Positions 1 to 8,800 of a stretch of 64,000 bases of DNA are shown here, in pieces (within the stretch, counting starts at the first letter, position 1; each line of letters begins with the position of its first letter). The notes beneath the pieces were generated by a model. That model searched no databases, was not told the DNA's origin, and worked only from the letters and a program-made list of their open reading frames with translations. The stretch is from Vicinamibacterales bacterium (lineage in GTDB: Bacteria > Acidobacteriota > Vicinamibacteria > Vicinamibacterales > SCN-69-37): positions 201,997 to 265,996 of the forward strand of contig JBBQDM010000003.1 in the NCBI GenBank assembly GCA_038319675.1. Direction: 5' to 3'. Made by a program: the position numbers and the translations under genes.

Positions 1-1340
1 CCCTCATCCACCACCACCGGCGCGGCCAGAGCCTCCGCTTTGTTGGCCGCTTCCGCCTTCGACAGGGCACGATACCCCTGGCGTGCCTTCACAGTGACGC
101 CGGGGTGAGTGACCTTCACCTCGATGCGGCGCAGTGACCCATCGGCCTTCTGGTTATCGGACGCGTAGCCGAGCAGGTAATACCCCTCGAACTCGCGACT
201 GACATCAATCACGCCCTGCACCAGGTCGTTGCGGTTGACGATCGGGGTCCCACCGGTGTTCGAGGCCAGCTCCATCAGTCGATCGTTCCCGCCCCCGATC
301 GCCCCGGTGCCACCGGGATTCACCGGATAGATCACCACGTTGTTCAACGCGGCATCCCGCAGAAGCTTCTGAAAACGAGGCAGGCTGTCGAGGTTCGCCA
401 GCCGAATCAACTCCAGCTCGCAGGCTGCGGCACTGCCCTCCCAGAGCGCCGTCCCGACGCGCATCTGCTGCCAGGGTTCACGCACGATCGGCGGCCCCTT
501 CGGCGGCACTCGAGTCGGACTGTTCAGCGGCGCGAGCAGGTCGGGGTTCGGCGCGAACAACGTCCATCCATGCGAGAACAGGAACAGGGTCTTGCGTCCC
601 TCCCGCACTTCACCGAGATACTCGACGGTGCCTTCCAGACTCGACAACAACTGGTCCTGCCGACGCCGGGCGATCCATTCGTGCGCGACGTTACCGGCGG
701 TTCCGTCCGACGGAAAACAGGTGGTCATGGTCAGTTCTTCTGCGTCGTTCACGGTGACGTCCGGATCCTGCAGCGTCCACCAGTCCGTCAACTGCTGCTC
801 CACCACGTCCGATCGGCGACCAAAGGTCATCTGGCGCGGATGATTGCGCGAGGTGGCGAGCGCGATCAGATCACCGGGCGCCAGAACCCGCTGGAACAGT
901 TCCACAATCGGCTCGCGCGAGTAGTAGGCACCGGCGTAGGTGCCGCGCATGCCGAGATGATGTGTGTCGAGATACACCACAAACGCGCGTGTCCGCGGGT
1001 CGGCCAGCTCCTCCATCATCTGGCGCTGATTGCCAGGCTCGCGGCGCGTCCCTTCCGTCAGCCGCTCGTCGGCACGCACATACTCGAAGGATTCAATCCG
1101 CTGCGGACGGCCGTCTTCGCGCACCTCAAAATCGGCCGCCGTCAGTCCCTCCACCACCTGTCCGTCCACAAGCGGGTACGCGTCGACCATGATGAAGTTG
1201 ACGTCGGACCGGAACACGGGTCGCTGCGGGGATTGGGGGGTGGCTGCCGACTGCGCCTGGGGAGTCGGCGAGACCATTCCGACAGCGATTAGGCCGATCA
1301 CGCACACGATTCGATTCACGAGCCATGAAAATGGTCGCAT
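1..1340 (-). CDS. secreted VWA-like protein (acidobacterial VWFA type), C-terminus cut by window edge
   Basis: Absent from the ORF track because it is open at the edge. Manual translation from ATG 1340-1338 gives MRPFSWLVNRIVCVIGLIAVG (signal peptide), then PVFRSDVNFIMVDAYPL..FEVREDGRPQRIESF and GYYLLGY..LRRIEVKVTHPG. These motifs are paralogous to 53543-54832. Confidence 0.8.
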   Translation of the reverse strand, partial: MRPFSWLVNRIVCVIGLIAVGMVSPTPQAQSAATPQSPQRPVFRSDVNFIMVDAYPLVDGQVVEGLTAADFEVREDGRPQRIESFEYVRADERLTEGTRREPGNQRQMMEELADPRTRAFVVYLDTHHLGMRGTYAGAYYSREPIVELFQRVLAPGDLIALATSRNHPRQMTFGRRSDVVEQQLTDWWTLQDPDVTVNDAEELTMTTCFPSDGTAGNVAHEWIARRRQDQLLSSLEGTVEYLGEVREGRKTLFLFSHGWTLFAPNPDLLAPLNSPTRVPPKGPPIVREPWQQMRVGTALWEGSAAACELELIRLANLDSLPRFQKLLRDAALNNVVIYPVNPGGTGAIGGGNDRLMELASNTGGTPIVNRNDLVQGVIDVSREFEGYYLLGYASDNQKADGSLRRIEVKVTHPGVTVKARQGYRALSKAEAANKAEALAAPVVVDE

Positions 1341-1401
1341 AACACCTCGATCAGGCTGGGCGGCTGGCAAACAGCATTGTAGCCCAGCTATCATCAACGT
1401 C

Positions 1402-1836
1402 ATGCGTGTTGTGAAGCTCATCTGTTCCGTGGCCCTGCTGGCCGTCTCCGTGGCGTGTGGTTCGGACACCGCCCCCCTCCCCCCCGTCCTTGACGTCCCC
1501 TTCTCCGCCACCGACATCGTCGTCGGCACGGGCACCGAGGCCGTCGCCGGGAAGACCGTGCGGGTGTATTACACCGGCTGGGTGTATTCCACCAGCGCCA
1601 CGGACAACAAGGGCAGCCAGTTCGACGCCAATACTGCGGGCCCTGGCTTCAGCTTCACCATTGGGGCCGGCGCGGTCATCAAGGGCTGGGAACAAGGCAT
1701 TGTCGGCATGAAAGTGGGCGGCAAACGCAGGCTCGTGATCCCCCCCAGCCTCGGCTACGGCGATCAGCCCGCCGGCATCATCCCAGCCAACGCTCACTTG
1801 CTCTTCGAAGTCGAGCTGCTCTCGGTCGCGGGATAG
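1402..1836 (+). CDS. FKBP-type peptidyl-prolyl cis-trans isomerase, lipoprotein
   Basis: Internal ATG of ORF 1030-1836 gives MRVVKLICSVALLAVSVACG (lipobox). FKBP motifs: YTGW, FDANT..FSFTIGAGAVIKGWEQG, LLFEVELL. Confidence 0.9.
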   Translation: MRVVKLICSVALLAVSVACGSDTAPLPPVLDVPFSATDIVVGTGTEAVAGKTVRVYYTGWVYSTSATDNKGSQFDANTAGPGFSFTIGAGAVIKGWEQGIVGMKVGGKRRLVIPPSLGYGDQPAGIIPANAHLLFEVELLSVAG

Positions 1837-1854
1837 TTGGCAGAAGCAACCCGG

Positions 1855-1914
1855 TACGGAGCGGACGGGCTTCAGCCGGTCCGACGTCCGACGGGCTAAA
1901 GCCCGTCGGCTCCG
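1855..1914 (-). repeat. REP-like double-hairpin element, copy A (inverted relative to B and C)
   Basis: TACGGAGCGGACGGGCTTCAGCCGGTCCGACGTCCGACGGGCTAAAGCCCGTCGGCTCCG is the reverse complement of the 13068 and 58269 copies. Lies just after the FKBP stop codon. Confidence 0.85.
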
Positions 1915-1939
1915 AATAGTCTGCTGTTCCCGTGCAAGC

Positions 1940-1948
1940 TGGTACAAT
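1940..1948 (+). promoter_or_regulatory. extended -10 box TGGTACAAT, 9 nt before the ABC-F ATG (near-leaderless)
   Basis: TGnTACAAT motif. Similar boxes precede the response regulator (56582-56589) and tRNA-Lys (57891-57899). Confidence 0.4.
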
Positions 1949-1957
1949 CAGTAGTTC

Positions 1958-3556
1958 ATGATCAGCGTTGCCAGTGTCTCTATGCGGTATGGGTCGAAGG
2001 TGCTCTTCGACGATGTGACGACCACGTTTTCGCCGGGTCGGCGATATGGCCTGACCGGGCCGAACGGGGCGGGTAAATCCACCTTCATGAAGCTCCTCAC
2101 CGGGGAGCTCACGCCTCAAAAAGGCACCGTCAGTCGTCCCGAGAAGCTCGGTGTGCTGAGCCAGGACCAGTACGCGTTCGACCAGTTTCGGGTGCTCGAC
2201 ACCGTCATCATGGGTAATACGCGCCTGTGGAAGACGCTGCAGGAACGCGAGCGCCTCTACGAAAAAACCGACATGACCGACGCCGAGGGCATGCGCCTCG
2301 GCGAACTCGAAGGCATCGTCGGCGAAGAGGACGGGTACTCCGCAGAGAGTGACGCAGCCATTCTGCTGCAGGGTCTCGACATTCCCGACGAGGTACACGA
2401 CCGCACGATGGCGGAGCTGCAGGGCGGCCAGAAGGTACGCGTGCTGCTGGCGCAGGCGCTGTTTGGCAATCCGGCGGCCCTGCTGCTGGACGAACCGACC
2501 AACCACCTCGACCTCGACTCCATTCACTGGCTCGAGAATTTCCTCGAACGGTATGACGGCACCCTCATCGTCATTTCGCACGACCGGCATTTTCTCAATG
2601 CGGTGTGTACCCACACGGCGGATATCGACTACGAGACGATCATCACCTACACCGGCGGGTACGACGACATGGTGATGGCGAAGACGCAGATCCGCTCGCG
2701 CATCGAGTCTGAGAACGTCCAGCGCGAAAAGAAGATCGATCAGCTCAACGACTTCATCGCCCGCTTCTCGGCCGGCACACGCGCCTCCCAGGTCGCCTCG
2801 CGTCGCAAGGAAGTGGAACGTCTGCAAACCACCGACCTGGCGCGCTCGAACATCCAACGGCCGTACATCCGCTTTCAGATGAATCGGCCCTCCGGGCGGA
2901 ATCTGCTGGAGGTGGAAAACCTCAACAAGGCCTACGGCGATCTGCGGGTCATCAAGGGTTTCGACACGATCGTGTCGCGCGGTGAAAAAATTGGCCTCAC
3001 CGGGCGCAACGGCATGGGCAAGACGACGCTGCTCAAGGCGCTGCTGGCTGAAGCGCCTGGTCAGCCCGACTCCCCTGACGACCGCGACAGCGGCCTCGTC
3101 AAGTGGGGACACGAGGCCTCGATTGGCTACTTCGCCCAGGACCACACCGGCGCGATTCGCAAGGGCATGACCGCGGCGGATTGGTTGCACCAGTTTGACC
3201 CGGACCTCACACGTCAGGACATTCATGGTCTGCTGGGCCAGATGCTCTTTCGCGGGGAGGAAGGGCTCAAACCGACGGACGCCCTGTCAGGCGGCGAGAC
3301 CGCTCGGCTGCTCTTCTGCCGCATCATGCTGCAGAAGCCGAACGTGCTGATCTTCGACGAACCGACCAACCACCTCGACCTTGAATCGATCAACGCGTTG
3401 AACATCGCATTGCAGAAGTTCGAAGGCACGGTGTTTCTCGTCACCCACGACCAGGACCTGATCGAAGAAGTCGCCACCCGTCTCTGGGTGTTCACGCCCG
3501 AGGGGATTCAGGACTTCAAGGGGACGTACGAGGAATTCTCCGCGCAGCATCCGTAG
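1958..3556 (+). CDS. ABC-F family ATPase (YbiT/EttA-like, two ABC domains, no TM)
   Basis: Two Walker A motifs (GPNGAGKST, GRNGMGKTT), two LSGG signatures (LQGGQKVR, LSGGETAR), and two Walker B regions (LLLDEPTNHLD, LIFDEPTNHLD). Confidence 0.93.
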   Translation: MISVASVSMRYGSKVLFDDVTTTFSPGRRYGLTGPNGAGKSTFMKLLTGELTPQKGTVSRPEKLGVLSQDQYAFDQFRVLDTVIMGNTRLWKTLQERERLYEKTDMTDAEGMRLGELEGIVGEEDGYSAESDAAILLQGLDIPDEVHDRTMAELQGGQKVRVLLAQALFGNPAALLLDEPTNHLDLDSIHWLENFLERYDGTLIVISHDRHFLNAVCTHTADIDYETIITYTGGYDDMVMAKTQIRSRIESENVQREKKIDQLNDFIARFSAGTRASQVASRRKEVERLQTTDLARSNIQRPYIRFQMNRPSGRNLLEVENLNKAYGDLRVIKGFDTIVSRGEKIGLTGRNGMGKTTLLKALLAEAPGQPDSPDDRDSGLVKWGHEASIGYFAQDHTGAIRKGMTAADWLHQFDPDLTRQDIHGLLGQMLFRGEEGLKPTDALSGGETARLLFCRIMLQKPNVLIFDEPTNHLDLESINALNIALQKFEGTVFLVTHDQDLIEEVATRLWVFTPEGIQDFKGTYEEFSAQHP

Positions 3557-3608
3557 CGCGGGTTTCGTTTGGTTAACGTGCTCTGCTCGCTTGGCAGCAG
3601 AGCGACCA

Positions 3609-3882
3609 ACCATGAAGCTCCATGAAGTTCCATGAAGGAATGCCTGTCACTGACCCGTGAGGGTTGGGGGCCAGGCGAAGCCTGGCCGTGCGGGAGGAGG
3701 GTGGTCGGGAACGAATACGCCGCATGAATGCGCCCGGCGCATTCGTTCCCGACCACCCTCCTCCCGCAGCTGCCGCCGTTGGCGGCACCCAACCCGCTCT
3801 CCAATCGTCCGTAACCTTGCTCTCTGGGCAACGTCGGTCACGTACGTGCCTTTCCTCATGGATCCTCATGGAACCTCATGGT
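3609..3882 (+). repeat. family-A structured intergenic element, copy 1
   Basis: Arms of 3x10-bp CATGAAGNNN (left) and CCTCATGGNN (right), AATGCCTGTCACTGAC box, and a core at 3661-3795 with a four-way-junction fold including a 33-bp hairpin. Homologous to 26321-26607 and 48337-48677. Confidence 0.9.
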
Positions 3883-3902
3883 GAATATTCCTGACGAACG
3901 CG

Positions 3903-5690
3903 TCAGCGCACTTTGCGGAGGGTGCGGATCGTGCGACCGGATGCGCCACTCTCAAGTTGCACCACGGCACGGACCGCGTAGTCGCCGGGCGCCAGCGCGC
4001 CAAGCGGCACGGTGCCGATGGCCAGGAACCGGCCGTCCCCTTCGGCACGAATCGCGAGTGGCACCGAGACGAGCGCCGGACCGTTGGTGCTGGCGGCAAT
4101 CTCCAGCAGGGCGCTGACCGCCTGCCCTTCGACCCCGCCGTAGATTTCAAACGATGCGAGCACCGACGGCTCATCGCTGAACTCAAGCCGCGGGATGAGC
4201 CGTTCGTCGCGCGACAAACCGAGCACCAGATCCCCGAGCGACAGCGGGCCCACCTGCGTGAGCGCCGCTTCAACGCGATAGTCCGCTGCCCCGGCACGCC
4301 CCGCCTCGTCTACCGCCGCCACGCGCAGACGATAGCGACCGGGAGGCACACGCATCGCGCCCATGATGGGCGACTCCCCCGCATCCACGGCGGACCAGCG
4401 CGCCACAATGCCGCCATCGTCATTGACCAACACCGCCCCGACCGACGCCAGGGCGACCGCCCGATCAAGCGGCTCGGCGACAAGCGCCACCTGCACCTGA
4501 CCATCGGAGGTGAGGCCCGCCCCCATGGTGTAGGCGGCTGCACGCAACGGCAGGTCGGAGAACGTCGACATCGAGGTAAGCATGTCGGACACGGTGAGCC
4601 GGGTGGCCGCCGTGGTGGTACGGGGACGCACGAACGTGATCTCCGGACGGGCACGAATGGTCACCTCGGAACGTGACGTCCGAATCTCAAGGCGATGGCT
4701 GCGCGGATCAAAATCCTCCAGTTCGGGTTCGATCTCCGCCACAAAATACGTGGAGGTTTCGACCGCGACGCGATCGAGCGCGTCGGTACCTCTGGCCGTG
4801 AGCGGAATGCGAATCCCCCGCGTGACACCCGAGAGGTCTTCGATCCCAATCAGCGGATTGTTCGACCCCCTGAAGCCCGAGCCGCTGATCGATTCCCCGG
4901 CGGCACCGGCGGACGCGCCGAGATCGTCCGGCTGGGCGATGTAGAAATTGGCACGAGCCACGCCGGCGGCACGTCCCACACGCCGAAAGAGCTCACTCTG
5001 GAGTTCACACATGCCCGGTGCCAGGGCCATCGGCGCGTCTCGTCGCGGAGCCGCCAGCCCCGCCGTCAGCAGAATCACTGTCGCCGGCGTGGTACGTGCC
5101 CCCATCGACTGCAGCACCGATTCCAGCGACTCAAGCAGCAGGCGTGTGCGACACGCCATCTCCGACCCGGTTTCGTCGGCTGAGCGCTGCCCTGAGGAGA
5201 GCTCAATCGCATGGCGCGCACGGGTGTGATCGTTGGTCAGGGGCACTTTGACGCCGCCGTACGGCATCCCAATCACAGTCACGTAGTCGGTGGGGCCCAA
5301 TTGGTCCAGCAGGCCGATCACCCCGTTGCGGAACGGCTGCTCCCGGCCGGCGCGGAACGAATCCTCATCAAGCACCAACACAAACAGGCGCCCACTGGCT
5401 GAGTCGGCACTGGTGCCATAGGGTGGCGCCAATCGCACGGTGGCGGCCTCCGCCCCCTCAGGCGGCGGCGCCGCCGCAATACGCCGGACGAACCGCACCA
5501 CACGCGCCTGCCCATCAATCCGCAGGTCGATTTCGGCCGGGCTCAGATCACGGACAAGAGCGCCGGCGGCATCAAACGCCTGAAAATCAATCGCGAGCAG
5601 CCGCGCAGACCGTTCCTGCGCACCGGCCGGCAACGCCAGGAGGGTCGCCAGCCCGGCGGAGGCCAGGAGGGCCTTCACAAGTCGGGACAT
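3903..5690 (-). CDS. secreted VWA-like / acidobacterial VWFA-related protein
   Basis: Internal ATG 5690 gives MSRLVKALLASAGLATLLALPAGAQE (signal peptide). Layout resembles the other VWA paralogs (RIDGQARVV, FVLVLDEDS). Lies downstream of a TBDR on the same strand. Confidence 0.75.
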   Translation of the reverse strand: MSRLVKALLASAGLATLLALPAGAQERSARLLAIDFQAFDAAGALVRDLSPAEIDLRIDGQARVVRFVRRIAAAPPPEGAEAATVRLAPPYGTSADSASGRLFVLVLDEDSFRAGREQPFRNGVIGLLDQLGPTDYVTVIGMPYGGVKVPLTNDHTRARHAIELSSGQRSADETGSEMACRTRLLLESLESVLQSMGARTTPATVILLTAGLAAPRRDAPMALAPGMCELQSELFRRVGRAAGVARANFYIAQPDDLGASAGAAGESISGSGFRGSNNPLIGIEDLSGVTRGIRIPLTARGTDALDRVAVETSTYFVAEIEPELEDFDPRSHRLEIRTSRSEVTIRARPEITFVRPRTTTAATRLTVSDMLTSMSTFSDLPLRAAAYTMGAGLTSDGQVQVALVAEPLDRAVALASVGAVLVNDDGGIVARWSAVDAGESPIMGAMRVPPGRYRLRVAAVDEAGRAGAADYRVEAALTQVGPLSLGDLVLGLSRDERLIPRLEFSDEPSVLASFEIYGGVEGQAVSALLEIAASTNGPALVSVPLAIRAEGDGRFLAIGTVPLGALAPGDYAVRAVVQLESGASGRTIRTLRKVR

Positions 5691-5716
5691 GGGAGAGAGT
5701 CTATCGAGCGCTGCCA

Positions 5717-5756
5717 CAAAAGGAAAAGGGCGGACGTCCGTGAGGACGCCCGCCCG
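5717..5756 (-). terminator. intrinsic terminator after TBDR gene
   Basis: Minus strand reads GGGCGGGCGTCCTCACGGACGTCCGCCC followed by TTTTCCTTTT. Confidence 0.6.
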
Positions 5757-5801
5757 AACACGCTCCCCGGCCCGCACGCAGCGGACCGGGGACAGGGAGG
5801 G

Positions 5802-8800
5802 TTACCAGTTGAACCGGATCATCAGCTGGCCGAGGCGGCCACCTGGGTCGTAGGTATTGCTCGGGTCGTTGTAGGCGCTGGTGACCTGGAAGATCGTCGC
5901 GCCCGTGCCGGGGTTCGAGACCGGGTTGAAGTTGACGTTGTCGAACAGGTTCAACACGTCACCGCGCACCTCAACATTCATCGTGCCTCTGAGGTTAAAG
6001 CGTTTGGTCACACCGACGTCAAAACGCGTGAACCACGGTGCACGCACGATCGTCGTCCGCGGTGCACAGTCGCCGGCGCGGATCTGCAGACAGCCATCCG
6101 AGTTCGCGGGGGCGATGTAGCGGCCTGTCGGTACCCCGAGGGTGCCGTAGCCGGTGGTGCTTGTGGTCCCGGTGGTGAACGCGCGACGGGTGTTGAGAAT
6201 CACGTCTTCGGGCAGCATCCAGATTTCGGTGCGCCCCGTGCTCGCGTTCGTCCGCTTGTAGAACTTGTACATGTCCGTCAGTTCGGCCACTGACATGCCC
6301 ACCAAGCGCACGTTACCGAAGTTCACGACCGCTGCCTGGATACGTCCGACACCGTTCATGCTCCAGCCCCCAAGGAGGGCGTCGAGCACCGGGTGCATGT
6401 CCGCGCCAAAGCGCTGGCCGCGACCGATCGGCAGCGTCCAGTCCCACTGGCCCTTGAAGGCGTGACGAGGGGAGGTCGTGCTGGTGATCATGGTGCGCCC
6501 GAAGCTGAACCCGTCGAACGCCGAGCCGCCTTCGATGGCGTACTGGTAGTTGACGTTGGCCGACAGGCCGCGCGAGAGGCGCCGCCGCAGTTCGATTTGC
6601 AGGGCGTGGTAGTCACTGAACGCGCCGGAATCAGTGACGTTCACCGCATTGACGCGCGGATTCGGGATGAAGAAGTTCGCCGGCAGGCCCGCCGCGAGGG
6701 CGTTCTGCCGCCGCGTCAGGTTGCCTTCGAGATCTCCGGCCGCACCGATGGGGCTCGCGTTGGTACGCGCCAGACGCCCCACAAACGTCGTGTTCGTCCA
6801 GTTGGTGCCGCTGTAGGCCGCCGCATTACCGGCGTCGGTTCTGGCGTTAAAGTACGCCAGGTAGATCGGCAGCGGATTGGTTCCGGTGCCGGGACCGAAG
6901 TAGCGGAACGACCCCGCACGGGCGCCGCCGGCCACGTTGTTGGCCTGCAGGTTGGCCATCGCGAGCTTGAACTCGTCGAGGAACCCGTTGTTGAGCAGGC
7001 TTTCACCGCGGATCGTGTTGTAGTTGAGCGTGGACCACTGGTCGGTGCCCCGCGTCCCGAGGTAGCGCACTTCCACAGCCATGTCCTGGCCGATCGACCG
7101 CTGGACGCCGACCGTCCACGTCTGGCCCCTGCCCACCTGAATTTCCGGAGCAAACGCGTTCAGGCTGTCCACCCGGTTCGGGCGAGTGACAATCGGAAAT
7201 GTCGGCGTCTCATCAAACGCCGCCGTATTCAGCCGATTGCGCTGGCTGAACAACACCGGCCACGAGCCCCCATCCTGCAGGCCTGTGTTCACGTCACGAG
7301 TAAGGCTGATCGTGCTGCCGGGATTGGCCCCGAACACGCCGGTGAACTGGCTCAGGCCTTCACGGGCGTACGACATCGAGTAGCCCGCACGCAGCGTGGC
7401 CTGATCGGGATTGCCCAGGATCGTACGCAGCACGCCGTCCTGCACGTTGGGTCTCCACGCCACACTGATCGACGGCGAGAAGTTGTTGTAGTCCACGTTG
7501 TAGCCCTTCGTCCCCCCAATCAGCTGGGTGTACTCAGGAATCTCCTTGCCGCTGTTTGCCCCAGGCTGGAAGAAGTTGCAGCGGTCATAGACGCCCCCGC
7601 CGCCAATGCCGGAAATGCCGCACGCATCCGCCATCGACACCGTCGTCATGATGTCGTTGGTCGCGGTGAATGGCATCTGCAGGTCGTAGCGCAGTCCGGC
7701 CGTGACGGTCAGCGTCGGTGTCGCCCGCCACGAATCCTGCATAAACCCGGAGAACGTGTCCATGTACCCCGTACGCGTGCGGGGGCCAAACGCCACGTAC
7801 TTGTTGGTCTTGGGGTCCAGCGCCGCCTGTCCGGTGACCGAGGTCACGCGACCGGTCAGCATCGCGTAGTACGCACGGGCATCAGCCAGGTCCCCCGACG
7901 AGATCCCGGGGAAGTTGGTGCTGCTGAACATGTTGGCCGCTGGATCGAGGGCCGTGTTGAACCCAAGGCCGATGCCGGGCACCATCGTCTGGGCGCTGTC
8001 CGACACCGTGGCACGCTGCCACTCACCGCCGAAGCTCAGGCTGTGTGTGCCACGCTGCCAGCTGGTGGTGTTCGCGATCTTGTAGGTCGGCGCACTGCGC
8101 CAGGACGGAAGATTCGACGTATGCCAGTTCGTCCAGGCCAACGGCAGAGTGACCGCGAAGCCCCCAAAATCCTCGAAGGTCTGGGGGCCGTTGGTGGCCG
8201 GGTTGCCGAACCGCGACTCGCCTCCCAACGCAGTGATGTTGCCGCTCAACTCGTTGACCACGTTCTGCGACAGCGTGGACCGGAGCGTCATCGTATACAA
8301 CGGCCGCTTGGAGTTGAACCGGCGGAAGTTCGGCGCGCCGGGAAACCGGGGGTCGGCTGAATTGAGATAGTCCGGATCACGTTCCGCCCAAATGATCGCC
8401 CCTGTGCCGCTCAGACGGTGCCGATCGGTGATGTTGTAGTCGATACGCGCCGTCGGCTGGTGTTCGAACAACTTGGCCGGGCTCAGGAAGACGAACTGAT
8501 TGTTGATGGGATCGCTGGTCGTGTTGATCGTGCCAGTCGTTCGGGTCGCAGCATCGATCTTCCGGAGAATCGACATGATCGTCGGGTCAGTCGCCGAAAT
8601 CTGGCCGGAACCCGCCGCCAGCGTAAGCACGTTCACCTCACGGATCACGCCTGCGCTGGTTTCATAGGGGAACCAGCCGTCCAGCATCCGCGTCGGCAGA
8701 ATCGTCCGCGTACGCGTGAAGCTGTTCGGGAACCGGATCTGCTCATAGTTCAGGAAGTAGAACATCTTGCCGCGACCGTCAAAGCCCGGCAGGATGACGG

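Noticed and set aside
1030-1401. Upstream extension of the FKBP ORF (268-aa version).
   Set aside because: The extension overlaps the 5' part of the minus-strand VWA gene and translates to Ser/Arg/Pro-rich sequence. The internal ATG 1402 gives a canonical lipoprotein signal peptide.
3661-3795. The four-way junction core as a tRNA, tmRNA or tRNA-like gene.
   Set aside because: It has no T-loop (TTCGA/GTTC.A) and no D-loop consensus. The middle arm is 33 bp, the side hairpins have 3-nt loops, and there is no anticodon-like 7-nt loop. Only the topology is cloverleaf-like.
3604-3887. Target-site duplications flanking family-A copies 1 and 3.
   Set aside because: The flanks are GACCA/GAATA and CTTTT/GAAAA, which are not direct repeats. 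Only copy 2 has identical GATCC flanks, so mobility by TSD-generating transposition is unproven.
3508-3894. Several 70-110-aa ORFs on both strands through family-A copy 1, and likewise at 26306-26886 and 48268-48890.
   Set aside because: They are mirror-image artefacts of a palindromic repeat (the same peptide-like strings appear on both strands). They lack RBSs and their frames are not conserved between the three copies.
6393-8360. Long plus-strand ORF (655 aa). Similar long antisense ORFs occur at 570-1292, 1778-3226, 10082-11917, 24381-25451, 26622-27959, 27778-28821, 35976-37217, 50642-53389 and 58849-59916.
   Set aside because: They lie opposite genes with clear family motifs. Their translations are Arg/Gly/His/Pro-rich with no motifs. 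Long shadow ORFs are expected in GC-rich DNA because stop codons are rare.
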